Shown piece by piece: positions 1 through 12,800 of a DNA stretch of 64,000 nucleotides (its first letter is position 1; every line of letters starts with the position of its first letter). The position numbers and the translations under genes are program-made. The notes below the pieces were generated by a model. The model saw only the letters and a program-made list of their open reading frames with translations. It was not told where the DNA came from and ran no database searches. The stretch comes from Eledone cirrhosa (Eukaryota). The stretch lies in NCBI GenBank assembly GCA_964016885.1, contig OZ024743.1:375162001-375226000 (forward strand), read 5' to 3'.

Positions 1-4
1 GGTA

Positions 5-94
5 TCCTCTTGATAAGTCGGCAGACCTCGCAAGGACTCTATATCTTTATGATGTATTGTTTTTGTTTATGCCACGAAACTACGTAGTCGAGGA
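5..94 (+). ncRNA. Type I hammerhead ribozyme (U3-A8 core variant, long stem II loop) in a Penelope-like 3' fragment
   Basis: Stem I TCCTC(5-9)/GAGGA(90-94); core TTGATAA(10-16); stem II GT(C)GGCA(17-23)/TGCCAC(70-75); GAAA(76-79); palindromic stem III CTACGTAG(80-87); GUC triplet 87-89. Followed by a short tail and (TA)n at ~163-213. Confidence 0.75.
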
Positions 95-162
95 ATCTAG
101 GAGCAGTTTAGGTATGATACATTTTATTACTAATTATATCTAAATGTTTCTTCTCTCTTCAT

Positions 163-163
163 A

Positions 164-218
<55 letters not shown>

Positions 219-460
219 GTCACTCGCCCTCTCCCTCTTTCCCTCTCTCTCCTCCTTTACTCAAGTTGACATACTGACATACACACACCCTACTCCTCAT
301 ATACATCTGTCTCTCTCTCTCGGTCTCGTGGTTTCTCTTTCTCTCAACGATACACACATCCAAATACAGAGAGAGAGAAAAACTTTCTCAGTCTCTCTCT
401 CTCTCACTCTCTCTCTCTCTCTCCCTCTCTCTCTCTCTCTGTTTCCCCCTTCCTCTTATT

Positions 461-530
<70 letters not shown>

Positions 531-729
531 CTCTCTCTCCCGCTCTCTCTTACTCATCCTCTCTCACTTCTCTTTTTCTCTCTCGGTGTCTCTCTTTTAC
601 CCCCTCTCTCCCTTTTATCTCCCACCCCCTCTCTCTCTCTTCCTCGTCCTCCTACCCCGTTTAGGGTTTGCTAGCACACACACACATACTAATATATAGG
701 CATTCGCACATACACGCAATGCACACACA

Positions 730-794
<65 letters not shown>

Positions 795-800
795 GAACAT
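163..800. repeat. Compound microsatellites (TA)n, (TC)n, (CA)n
   Basis: Directly visible simple repeats; they generate the spurious ORFs 178..699 and 615..815. Confidence 0.95.
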
Positions 801-861
801 AATCTTAGCCAACACACATCAATATATATCCTATGTTATCTCCCCTCTCTCATTATATAAC

Positions 862-2904
862 TTTCTTTTTATTTGCCACCAGGGCATCAAAAAGTGGGAC
901 ATGTACAAAGGGGGGAGTTTACATAAAAAGGCGTCCTCAATAAGGAGGAGGCTATAACAAAATATAAAAATAATATAAAATATAACAAAATAAATTTTAT
1001 AACAAAATCCTCAATAGGGAGGAGGCGCCTTGGGGGGGTCGCACACAACCCCGAAAAAAAGTGTGCAACCCTTCTCCTCAGGAGCACAGAGAGGGGGTGC
1101 TCCCTTGATCTTTCATCTTCCTCACCTATAGTCTGATGTAGAGTGAAGGCCCATTCACACGGGCCATTCTCGCCACTTTCACCCATCTTTCATAAAAACG
1201 GCTGGGGTGCAGCACCTCTCTCTCCATCCTGATCCTTCTTCCGAAATGATATCGGAAGAAACGGACCAGTTGTTGGCCAGAGAGAAAGGTGTCTGACCTC
1301 AGTCCTTTCAGACGCGTCCACCATACAACCTCTTTCGCCATGGCTATTACGCACAGAAACACAGCCTCTCCTTCGTTTTTGAAGAGGGGAGGCGGCTTGA
1401 TCGTTACAATAGACTCGGTGGTCAACCGGATCGGTCCCACCCTTGACAGCAGTTGTTCGACATAGCCCCACAGATCGGCAATGCCCGAGCAGTGTACCAA
1501 TGCGTGTGCAACGGTTTCCTCGTCGCACACGCATCTGGGACAGATCTTTTTCGAGGAATCCTTACCCGGGCGCCCGTGTCTGTAGAGCCTTTCTCGAACG
1601 AGCAGAGCCCCTCGGTAGCATTGCCAGGCCAGGGACATCTGCAAGTTATCCATGGGTCCCGGGCTGAATGTCTTACCGAACAGGTTGGCCAGTTCCTCTT
1701 CCTCCATGCCTAGGGCTTCTCCGAGGGCATCATCGCACCTGCTAACCACCAGCCCTCTATAGAATGACGAGGTGGATTCTCCACTGACAGCCGGGTCCGC
1801 CTGCCAGAGAGCCGTGAGCGCCTGGGCACACTCGGTGTGCCAGGCGCCCTGTTTTCTCGGTCTTTGCTTGACCCAGGATTGCAGCTCGGTGAGCGAGACG
1901 AGTCTGGGAAAGGCTCGCCTTACAAACGGGGCCCACACCGGTTGACCGGTGAGGAATACCTGGAGGTGCCGTAGCCTTAATGCGTGTTTACGTATCATTA
2001 GCCACGGCATCCCCAGCCCTCCTTTCGAAGGGTGTTGACAGCAGATGGATCTCCTCACCATAGGAGCCCGCTTCTTCCAATGGTATTGGAAGAGTGCGCG
2101 CTCCATTTTGGCTAGCGTTTCCCTTGGGCAAGGCACAATGGTCAGGCGGTAGTAGATGACGGACGCTATATAAGTGTTCGCCACCTCCGCCCGACCTTTC
2201 AGGGACAGTTTGCACTCGGCCCACTTCTGGGTCAGTGCAAACACCCTGTTCGTTACCTCACCCCAGTTCTTCTCCACCTGGAGGTCTGGTCCGAACCAGA
2301 CCCCGAGCAACTTCACCCGGCCCTCCGTCCAGCGCCCGACGACGCCATCGGAGGGCATCGATATGCCCCTCCACGTGCCGAGTTGCAGACCGATCGACTT
2401 GTCCCGGTTCAGCTTAGCCCCTGTAGACCTTTCAGACTCCTCCAGTAAGGTGCCCATCACCCGATTTCCGCAGCCGTCGACACCATTACTGTTACGTCAT
2501 CGGCGTAGGCCGACACCGCTTTCCGCAATCCCGGTTCCAACGGGATGCCCTGCAACAACTCCAACTTCCGCAGCAGTTACTCTAGAGTCATTACATACAG
2601 AAGGGAGGAGAGAGGGCACCCTTGTCGGATGGACCGCGAGATTTCGAACGGCTCCGAGAGGTAGCCGTTCACCTTGACCCTCGAGCAGATGCGGCTGCTG
2701 TGCATGGCATTGATCCAGCCCCTGAAAACGGGTCCGAAGCCTGCCGCCGCTAGCACCGCATCCAGGTAACCATGGTCGACCCTATCGAACGCCTTAGATT
2801 GATCCAAGTTGATCAGGGCCCCACCAAAGCCGGGTTCGTTCCCAACCCTCTCTATGATGTATCGCATGAGGTGGAGGTTGTCGTGGATGGACCTGGACGG
2901 GATA
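862..2904 (-). mobile_element. L1-clade (Tx1-like) LINE copy 1, 5'-truncated
   Basis: Minus-strand ORF2 motifs LDQSKAFDRV, SIRQGCPLS, AYADD and CPRC..ETVAHAL..C. The 3' end GCCCTGGTGGCAAATAAA is shared with the copies at 51141 and 60319. The 5' break runs into (TA)n through TATC microhomology. Confidence 0.95.
1126..2904 (-). pseudogene. Disrupted ORF2 (RT C-terminal part plus C-terminal zinc knuckle)
   Basis: ORFs 2577..3077 and 1126..2460 match the ORF2 at 57864-60056. Premature TAA (LE*LL versus LEPLL) and a frameshift near 2460. Confidence 0.9.
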
Positions 2905-2953
2905 TATATATATATATATATATATACATACATGTATGTATATACATACATGG

Positions 2954-3361
2954 TGGTGGCTGCCAACTCGTTTTCGAGTACGGCCACTACTTTATATCCA
3001 TGTAGGAGAACCCCTACCGATACGCTGAACGAGTGTGACGTTTTAGGCCAGCCAGCGACTTGAAAACTCTGGTACAAACACTACACTTGTGACAATTATT
3101 GACACAGTGCTGGGCTCATGTTACCATATGACGACAAGTGTAGAGAGATCTCCAGATATAAAGCAATGCCTGTGCCGTGAAGCTTTTATAGTGAGCAAAG
3201 GCACTGCACAAAGCCAGTCCCACTCTCTTAACCAAGATGATATTTACCAAAAAGAAGAACAAGTCAACATCATTGGATACCATCAGGGTTGCAGGTGTTA
3301 TATCAGAGTTTTCCTTCTCCTAGAATTCTGCCTTGACAAAGGCTAAGGGGTCATCTCTCCC
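2954..3361 (-). mobile_element. Non-autonomous RTE-like short element, copy A (5'-truncated)
   Basis: Near-identical to 3381-3990, 24630-25239 and 26813-27071. On the minus strand it ends ...GGCAGCCACCA followed by a (TATG)-like tail and contains CTAGGAGAAGGAAAACTCTGA, which resembles RTE 5'UTRs. Confidence 0.7.
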
Positions 3362-3380
3362 GTATGTATAGATACATGTA

Positions 3381-3990
3381 TGGTGGCTGCCAACTCGTTT
3401 TCGAGTACGGCCACTACTTTATATCCATGTAGGAGAACCCCTACCGATGCGCTGAACGAGTGTGACTTTTTAGTCCAGCCAGCGACTTGAAAACTCTGGT
3501 ACAAACACTACACTTGTGACAATTATTGACACATAGTGCTTTACCTTTGGTACCATGTGACGACAAGTGCAGAGAGATCTCCAGATACAAAGCAATGCCT
3601 GTGCCGTGAGGCTTTTATAGTGAGTAAAGGCACTGCACAAAGCCAGTCCCACTCTCTTAACCAAGATGATATTTACCAAAAAGAAGAACAAGTCAACATC
3701 ATTGGATACCATCAGGGTTGCAGGTGTTATATCAGAGTTTTCCTTCTCCTAGAATTCTGCCTTGACAAAGGCTAAGGGGTCATCTCTCCCAGTGATTTTG
3801 GATGGCCATTGACTCTTAAGAGCTCCTTTGCCCTTTGACAGGTTTTGTTTTTAGTCCTGCAGGATGTCCAAAGTCACCCTCCTCACCAAGAAACCTTAGT
3901 GGGGTTGCCAGTTTAGTCGCCAACGACCCGACCATGAGACAGGTTGTACTGGGATACATGTTACCAGTACCACCAAGTGGTGACCTGACA
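3381..3990 (-). mobile_element. Non-autonomous RTE-like short element, copy B (apparently full length, ~610 bp)
   Basis: Same two ends as the copy at 24630-25239; no credible ORF. Confidence 0.75.
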
Positions 3991-4114
3991 ACATGCATAC
4001 AAACATACATACACACAAACAAACATACATATTTATACTTACATACATACATACATTTATATATATATAAATACACACATATATATATAATTCCGTCTTA
4101 ACTACCATTATTTT

Positions 4115-4300
4115 GTGAATTGGCAGTATGGGTAGAGGGTCGGACGCCATACTTTCCAGCATAGTTACGTCCCTTTACGGTCTGAGTTCAAATCCCGTCG
4201 AGGTTAGCTTTGCCTTTCATCCTTACCGGGTCGATAAAATAAAGTACCAGTAATGTACTGGGTAATTGCTGGTCTTGTGCCAAAAGTAGAAACAATTATT
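4115..4300 (+). mobile_element. tRNA-derived SINE (cephalopod type with GCCTTTCATCCT..GGGTCGATAAAATAAAGTACCAG core)
   Basis: A-box-like TGGCAGTATGGG, B-box-like GAGTTCAAATCC and a central core repeated many times in the window. Confidence 0.85.
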
Positions 4301-4316
4301 TTATATATATATATCA

Positions 4317-4974
4317 TCTATATATATAAAGCTGTGGTTGTCTGTCTGTCTATCGATTTTTGGCACACATCTCCTCTTAGAATCTCTGACGGAATTGCAC
4401 CGAAATTGCTATACTTGTACATTGAGCCCTAGTGAAGACATCGGAAAAAATTATTTCAAATTGACTCACCCTATGTGACGAAATCGAATCTAATGTATCG
4501 ATTTTTGAGCGTAAGTGACGAGTTATTTCCCTTTGTTCTGTTTACATTGAGCGTCTTACGTTCTGTTTACATTTTCTGCGTGCAAAAATTAAAAAAATTA
4601 CGCTGGCTTTCTCAGCGTTTAAAATGACATTAACACAATACACGAACAGTTGTCGAGCCAGCAAAATTTTGACCTGCAAAATTCATCAGTTCGAACACTA
4701 AGCTTCATTTTGCTTCATTTCCATTTAAAAGCCTTTTAAAACAATATTTTTACTTGAAAACAAGTCTATTTAAAGACTACGTAAAACAAGCAAATATTTC
4801 GTAAAAAAAAGCAAAAATTATATAAGTTTATTTAAAATATATGTATCTGTAAATTTCATTAGGCGTGCAGACAGACAGTCGTGCAGACAGACTTTAAGCC
4901 AAAAAAGAAACTTAATATTGTAACTTTAACACAGCTACTGAGCTACCCCGAGCAACGCCGGGCTTTACTGCTAG
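4317..4974 (+). mobile_element. Non-autonomous Helitron 1
   Basis: Starts TCTATATATATAAA after an A; ends with hairpin CCCGAGCAACGCCGGG plus CTAG before a T; no TSD. Confidence 0.8.
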
Positions 4975-4987
4975 TTATCTATAAAAG

Positions 4988-5118
4988 TTACGTCCCTTTA
5001 CGATCTGAGTTCAAATCCCGCCGAGGCTGACTTTGCCTTTCATCCTTACGGGGTCGATAAAATAAAGTACCAGTAATGTACTGGGTGATTGCTGGCCTTG
5101 TGCCTAAAGTAGAAACAA
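4988..5118 (+). mobile_element. 5'-truncated SINE with 13-bp TSD
   Basis: Matches the 3' part of the SINE at 4115-4300; flanked by TTATCTATAAAAG at 4975-4987 and 5119-5131. Confidence 0.85.
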
Positions 5119-5146
5119 TTATCTATAAAAGGCAGATTGTTGTTGT

Positions 5147-5177
<31 letters not shown>

Positions 5178-5425
5178 ATGTTCCATGTTTATACATTTGC
5201 ACAATTTCAAACCGATTTGACTCAAAGTCTGTAAGATTGTTGTAAATGGTCTAACATAGGACACCGACTATTTATTTCATTCAAACTCACCCACAATTAT
5301 GGAAATAATCGATAAAATTAAATACATGACGCTTTACCCTTCTAATAGAATCTGCTTACCTCTCTCTACTACCCTTCAAATTTGATAAAACTACATACAT
5401 GCTTACAAACTTCCTTTAGGAACGC

Positions 5426-5469
<44 letters not shown>

Positions 5470-5549
5470 AGTGAGAGGGAGAGAGAGAACGTTTGTTTTT
5501 GAGTGTGGAACGGTCAAACATTTATTTACTTCAATGACAAAGAGAACTT

Positions 5550-5875
5550 AACTCTCCCCCATATGACACCCCTCCCTACTGTCTTAAATTTAGAAAACAT
5601 ATCCTCTATAAGGTCACTAAACCTGCTAGAAACAGCAGCTAACTCTCCCCCATATCACCCCACTCCCTACTGTCTTCAATTTAGAAAACATATCCTCTAT
5701 GAGGTCACTAAACCTGCTACAAACAGCAGCTAAGTCTCCCCCATATCACCCCCCCCCCTCCCTACTGTCTTAAATTTAGAAAACATCTCCTCTATGAGGT
5801 CACTAAACCTGCTAGAAACAGCAGCTAACTCTCCCCCATATCACACCCCTCCCTACTGTCTTAAATTTAGAAAAT
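5550..5875 (+). repeat. ~91-bp tandem repeat, ~3.5 copies, inside Helitron 2
   Basis: Unit AACTCTCCCCCATATCACCCC..CTCCCTACTGTCTTAAATTTAGAAAACATATCCTCTATGAGGTCACTAAACCTGCTAGAAACAGCAGCT starting at ~5550, 5641, 5732 and 5827. Confidence 0.9.
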
Positions 5876-6440
5876 ACACATTAGACAACCATGCAGAACA
5901 ACTCCATCGCAGCTCTGTTGTTCGGCTGGCATCGTATACGCGCGTGTTGCGCAAGTACTGTGAAACAATAAATTTCAACACTTCTTTGCACAGAGATAAT
6001 ATCCATAGGCGAAACTACAATTGTAACTGCTGGCGCAGCTCCTGCTTCGGCAGTCCAGGTCTGCAATTCATTCACCCAGTGCCTGGCAGACAAAAAAGTG
6101 CTGCCATAAAATGGGTGGTGCAACCTAACTTTGGTAACTTACTGACCCCGAGCAACGCCGGGCTTTAATGCTAGTATATATAACTGTGTACAATTGCCTC
6201 CTGTGTTTTGTTTGTTCATTTTCAACTATATATATATTATTTATTAGAAAGTGAGGTTTTTTTACAAAATAAAATAAAAGGTGTCCTACACGAGTGAAAG
6301 TATAAGGAAAAAAGATGAAATCGAAAATGTAACTGGAGTCGTTTTTTTAAAAGATATATATTTATTTGGTTCCTTTACCGGTTTCGCAGTTCTTCTGCTT
6401 TTCAAAAGTAGAATTGAGATGGAGAGTTTGTGGTTTTTCT

Positions 6441-6481
<41 letters not shown>

Positions 6482-6498
6482 CATTGATATACATACGT

Positions 6499-6590
<92 letters not shown>

Positions 6591-6882
6591 CCACACACAC
6601 ACACATATATATATATACAGAGAGAGAGAGAGGGAGAGAGAGGGAGAGAGAGGGAGATAGAGATGCACGAGCGAAGACGGGCAATTCCATTAAGTAAAAA
6701 ATTCAATACATGGGTATGTGCACCTTGCAATTTGCGTCACGCCTCCCCTCCCCCACCCCAACCACCAAAGAAATGAAAATTTCAACTCAAAGTTTGGCAA
6801 GCTGACGAACCTAGTTTTTGGCACCGCTTCCTCTGACCACATTAAGAAAATAACTAAGTCGGTATTTTCTAAAATTCAATCC

Positions 6883-9800
6883 AAAAAATATGATCGCGAA
6901 TACAAGCGGCCTAAATGGGGCCCTCCGAAGGATTTTTGGCGTAACTTTACTCGAAATAGTGTGTAGTTCAGAGATGAGCCAGTCGCTCAAGGTAGAGACG
7001 CTACCGGGTAGACCCACTACCAGGTAGAAACACTACCAGGAAGAACCACTACCAGGTAGAGACACTACCAGGTAGAGACATTACCAGGTAGAGACACTAC
7101 CAGGAAGAACCACTACCAGGTAGAGACACTACCAGGAAGAACCACTACCAGGTAGAGACACTACCAGGAAGAACCACTACCAGGTAGAGACACTACCAGG
7201 TAGAGACACTACCAGGTAGAGACACTACCGGGTAGACCCACTACCAGGTAGAGACACTACCAGGTAGAAACACTACCAGGTAGAGACACTACCAGGAAGA
7301 ACCACTACCAGGTAGAGACACTACCAGGTAGAGACACTACCAGGTAGAGACACTACTAGGTAGAGACACTACCGGGTAGACCCACTACCAGGTAGAGACA
7401 CTACCAGGTAGAAACACTACCAGGTAGAGACACTACCAGGAAGAACCACTACCAGGTAGAGACACTACCAGGTAGAGACACTACTAGGTAGAGACACTAC
7501 CGGGTAGACCCACTACCAGGTAGAGACACTACCAGGTAGAGACACTACCGGGTAGAGACACTACCAGGTAGAGACACTACCAGGTAGAGACACTACCAGG
7601 TAGAGACACTACCAGGTAGAGACACTACCAGGTAGAGACATTACCAGGTAGAGACATTACCAGGTAGAGACACTACCAGGTAGAGACACTACCAGGTAGA
7701 CCCACTACCAGGTAGAGACACTACCAGGTAGAGACACTACCAGGTAGAGACATTACCAGGTAGAGACATTACCAGGTAGAGACACTACCAGGTAGAGACA
7801 CTACCAGGTAGACCCACTACCAGGTAGAGACACTACCGGGTAGACCCACTACCAGGTAGAGACACTACCAGGTAGAGACACTACCAGGTAGAGACACTAC
7901 CAGGTAGAGACACTACCAGGTAGACCCACTACCAGGTAGAGACACTACCGGGTAGACCCACTACCAGGTAGAGACACTACCAGGTAGAGACACTACCAGG
8001 TAGAGACACTACCAGGTAGAGACACTACCAGGTAGACCCACTACCAGGTAGAGACACTACCGGGTAGACCCACTACCAGGTAGAGACACTACCAGGTAGA
8101 GACACTACCAGGTAGAGACACTACCAGGTAGAGACACTACCAGGTAGAGACATTACCAGGTAGACCCACTACCAGGTAGAGACACTACCAGGTAGAGACA
8201 CTACCAGGTAGAGACACTACCAGGTAGAGACACTACCAGGTAGAGAGACTACCAGGTAGAGACATTACCAGGTAGAGACATTACCAGGTAGAGAGACTAC
8301 CAGGTAGAGACATTACCAGGTAGAGACATTACCAGGTAGAGACATTACCAGGTAGAGACACTACCAGGTAGAGACACTACCAGGTAGAGACATTACCAGG
8401 TAGAGACACTACCAGGTAGAGACACTACCAGGTAGAGACATTACCAGGTAGAGACATTACCAGGTAGAGACATTACCAGGTAGAGACACTACCAGGTAGA
8501 GACACGACCAGGTAGAGACATTACCAGGTAGAGACATTACCAGGTAGAGACACTACCAGGTAGAGACATTACCAGGTAGAGACACTACCAGGTAGAGACA
8601 CTACCAGGTAGAGACATTACCAGGTAGAGACACTACCAGGTAGAGACATTACCAGGTAGAGACATTACCAGGTAGAGACACTACCAGGTAGAGACATTAC
8701 CAGGTAGAGACATTACCAGGTAGAGACACTACCAGGTAGAGACACTACCAGGTAGAGACACTACCAGGTAGAGACATTACCAGGTAGAGACATTACCAGG
8801 TAGAGACATTACCAGGTAGAGACACTACCAGGTAGAGACATTACCAGGTAGAGACATTACCAGGTAGAGACACTACCAGGTAGAGACATTACCAGGTAGA
8901 GACATTACCAGGTAGAGACATTACCAGGTAGAGACATTACCAGGTAGAGACATTACCAGGTAGAGACACTACCAGGTAGAGACATTACCAGGTAGAGACA
9001 TTACCAGGTAGAGACACTACCAGGTAGAGACACTACCAGGTAGAGACATTACCAGGTAGAGACATTACCAGGTAGAGACATTACCAGGTAGAGACATTAC
9101 CAGGTAGAGACACTACCAGGTAGAGACATTACCAGGTAGAGACATTACCAGGTAGAGACACTACCAGGTAGAGACATTACCAGGTAGAGACATTACCAGG
9201 TAGAGACACTACCAGGTAGAGACACTACCAGGTAGAGACACTACCAGGTAGAGACACTACCAGGTAGAGACACTACCAGGTAGAGAGACTATCAGGTAGA
9301 GACATTACCAGGTAGAGACACTACCAGGTAGAGACACTACCAGGTAGAGACATTACCAGGTAGAGACACTACCAGGTAGAGACATTACCAGGTAGAGACA
9401 CTACCAGGTAGAGACACTACCAGGTAGAGACATTACCAGGTAGAGACACTACCAGGTAGAGAGACTACCAGGTAGAGACATTACCAGGTAGAGACATTAC
9501 CAGGTAGAGACATTACCAGGTAGAGAGACTACCAGGTAGAGACATTACCAGGTAGAGACACTACCAGGTAGAGACACTACCAGGTAGAGACATTACCAGG
9601 TAGAGACATTACCAGGTAGAGACACTACCAGGTAGAGACACGACCAGGTAGAGACATTACCAGGTAGAGACATTACCAGGTAGAGACACTACCAGGTAGA
9701 GACATTACCAGGTAGAGACACTACCAGGTAGAGACACTACCAGGTAGAGACATTACCAGGTAGAGACATTACCAGGTAGAGACATTACCAGGTAGAGACA

Positions 9801-12800
9801 CTACCAGGTAGAGACATTACCAGGTAGAGACACTACCAGGTAGAGACACTACCAGGTAGAGACACTACCAGGTAGAGACATTACCAGGTAGAGACACTAC
9901 CAGGTAGAGACACGACCAGGTAGAGACACTACCAGGTAGAGACATTACCAGGTAGAGACACGAACAGGTAGAGACACTACCAGGTAGAGACATTACCAGG
10001 TAGAGACACTACCAGGTAGAGACACTACCAGGTAGAGACACTACCAGGTAGAGACACTACCAGGTAGAGACACGACCAGGTAGAGACACTACCAGGTAGA
10101 GACATTACCAGGTAGAGACATTACCAGGTAGAGACACTACCAGGTAGAGACACTACCAGGTAGAGACACTACCAGGTAGAGACATTACCAGGTAGAGACA
10201 TTACCAGGTAGAGACACTACCAGGTAGAGACACGACCAGGTAGAGACACTACCAGGTAGAGACATTACCAGGTAGAGACACTACCAGGTAGAGACACGAC
10301 CAGGTAGAGACACTACCAGGTAGAGACACTACCAGGTAGAGACATTACCAGGTAGAGACACTACCAGGTAGAGACACTACCAGGTAGAGACATTACCAGG
10401 TAGAGACATTACCAGGTAGAGACACTACCAGGTAGAGACACTACCAGGTAGAGACACTACCAGGTAGAGACACTACCAGGTAGAGACACTACCAGGTAGA
10501 GACATTACCAGGTAGACCCACTACCAGGTAGAGACACTACCAGGTAGAGACATTACCAGGTAGACCCACTACCAGGTAGAGACACTACCAGGTAGAGACA
10601 CTACCAGGTAGAGACACTACCAGGTAGAGACACTACCAGGTAGAGACACGACCAGGTAGAGACACTACCAGGTAGAGACACTACCAGGTAGAGACACTAC
10701 CAGGTAGAGACACTACCAGGTAGAGACACTACCAGGTAGAGACACTACCAGGTAGAGACACTACCAGGTAGAGACACTACCAGGTAGAGACACTACCAGG
10801 TAGAGACACTACCAGGTAGAGACATTACCAGGTAGAGACATTACCAGGTAGAGACACTACCAGGTAGAGACACTACCAGGTAGAGACATTACCAGGTAGA
10901 GACATTACCAGGTAGAGACATTACCAGGTAGAGACATTACCAGGTAGAGACATTACCAGGTAGAGACACTACCAGGTAGAGACACTACCAGGTAGAGACA
11001 CTACCAGGTAGAGACACTACCAGGTAGAGACACTACCAGGTAGAGACACTACCAGGTAGAGACATTACCAGGTAGACCCACTACCAGGTAGAGACACTAC
11101 CAGGTAGAGACATTACCAGGTAGACCCACTACCAGGTAGAGACACTACCAGGTAGAGACACTACCAGGTAGAGACACGACCAGGTAGAGACATTACCAGG
11201 TAGAGACACTACCAGGTAGAGACACTACCAGGTAGAGACACTACCAGGTAGAGACATTACCAGGTAGACCCACTACCAGGTAGAGACACTACCAGGTAGA
11301 GACACGACCAGGTAGAGACATTACCAGGTAGAGACATTACCAGGTAGAGACATTACCAGGTAGAGACACTACCAGGTAGAGACACTACCAGGTAGAGACA
11401 CGACCAGGTAGAGACACTACCAGGTAGAGACATTACCAGGTATAGACACTACCAGGTAGAGACATTACCAGGTAGAGACACTACCAGGTAGAGACACTAC
11501 CAGGTAGAGACACTACCAGGTAGATCCACTACCAGGTAGAGACACTACCAGGTAGAGACATTACCAGGTAGAGACACTACCAGGTAGAGACATTACCAGG
11601 TAGAGACACTACCAGGTAGAGACACTACCAGGTAGAGACATTACCAGGTAGAGACACTACCAGGTAGAGACACTACCAGGTAGAGACACTACCAGGTAGA
11701 ACCACTACCAGGTAGAGACACTACCAGGTAGAGACATTACCAGGTAGAGACACTACCAGGTAGAGACACTACCAGGTAGAGACACTACCAGGTAGAGACA
11801 CTACCAGGTAGAGACACTACCAGGTAGAGATATTACCAGGTAGAGACACTACCAGGTAGAGACATTACCAGGTAGAGACACTACCAGGTAGAGACACTAC
11901 CAGGTAGAGACACTACCAGGTAGATCCACTACCAGGTAGAGACACTACCAGGTAGATCCACTACCAGGTAGAGACACTACCAGGTAGAGACATTACCAGG
12001 TAGAGACACTACCAAGTAGAGACATTACCAGGTAGAGACACTACCAGGTAGAGACACTACCAGGTAGAGACATTACCAGGTAGAGACACTACCAGGTAGA
12101 GACACTACCAGGTAGAGACACTACCAGGTAGAACCACTACCAGGTAGAGACACTACCAGGTAGAGACATTACCAGGTAGAGACACTACCAGGTAGAGACA
12201 CTACCAGGTAGAGACACTACCAGGTAGAGACACTACCAGGTAGAGATATTACCAGGTAGAGACACTACCAGGTAGAGACACTACCAGGTAGAGACATTAC
12301 CAGGTAGAGACACTACCAGGTAGAGACACGACCAGGTAGAGACACTACCAGGTAGAGACACTACCAGGTAGAGACACGACCAGGTAGAGACACGACCAGG
12401 TAGAGACACGACCAGGTAGAGACACTACCAGGTAGAGACACTACCAGGTAGAGACACTACCAGGTAGAGACACTACCAGGTAGAGACACTACCAGGTAGA
12501 GACATTACCAGGTAGAGACATTACCAGGTAGAGACATTACCAGGTAGAGACACTACCAGGTAGAGACACTACCAGGTAGAGAGACTACCAGGTAGAGACA
12601 CTACCAGGTAGAGACACTACCAGGTAGAGACACTACCAGGTAGAGACATTACCAGGTAGAGACACTACCAGGTAGAGACACTACCAGGTAGAGACATTAC
12701 CAGGTAGAGACACTACCGGGTAGAGACACTACCAGGTAGAGACACTACCAGGTAGAGACACTACCAGGTAGAGACACTACCAGGTAGAGAGACTCCGAAT

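Larger units (their letters stand above)
4314..6174 (+). mobile_element. Non-autonomous Helitron 2 (5' end interrupted by Helitron 1 and a SINE)
   Basis: 3' end CCCGAGCAACGCCGGG..CTAG|T at 6147-6175; reconstructed 5' end TCA+TTATCTATAAAAGGCAG; internal (GT)n, (GA)n and ~91-bp repeats. Confidence 0.7.

Noticed and set aside
3089-3775. Repeated ~80-aa ORFs (..QSQSHSLNQDDIYQKEEQ..) as a small gene family
   Set aside because: Copies of a dispersed repeat with inconsistent starts, antisense to the inferred element orientation.
4115-4200. tRNA genes suggested by A/B boxes
   Set aside because: These are SINE heads; no cloverleaf.
6991-12792. CRISPR-like array of short palindromic repeats
   Set aside because: No unique spacers and no cas genes; eukaryotic context; the unit derives from RTE sequence.
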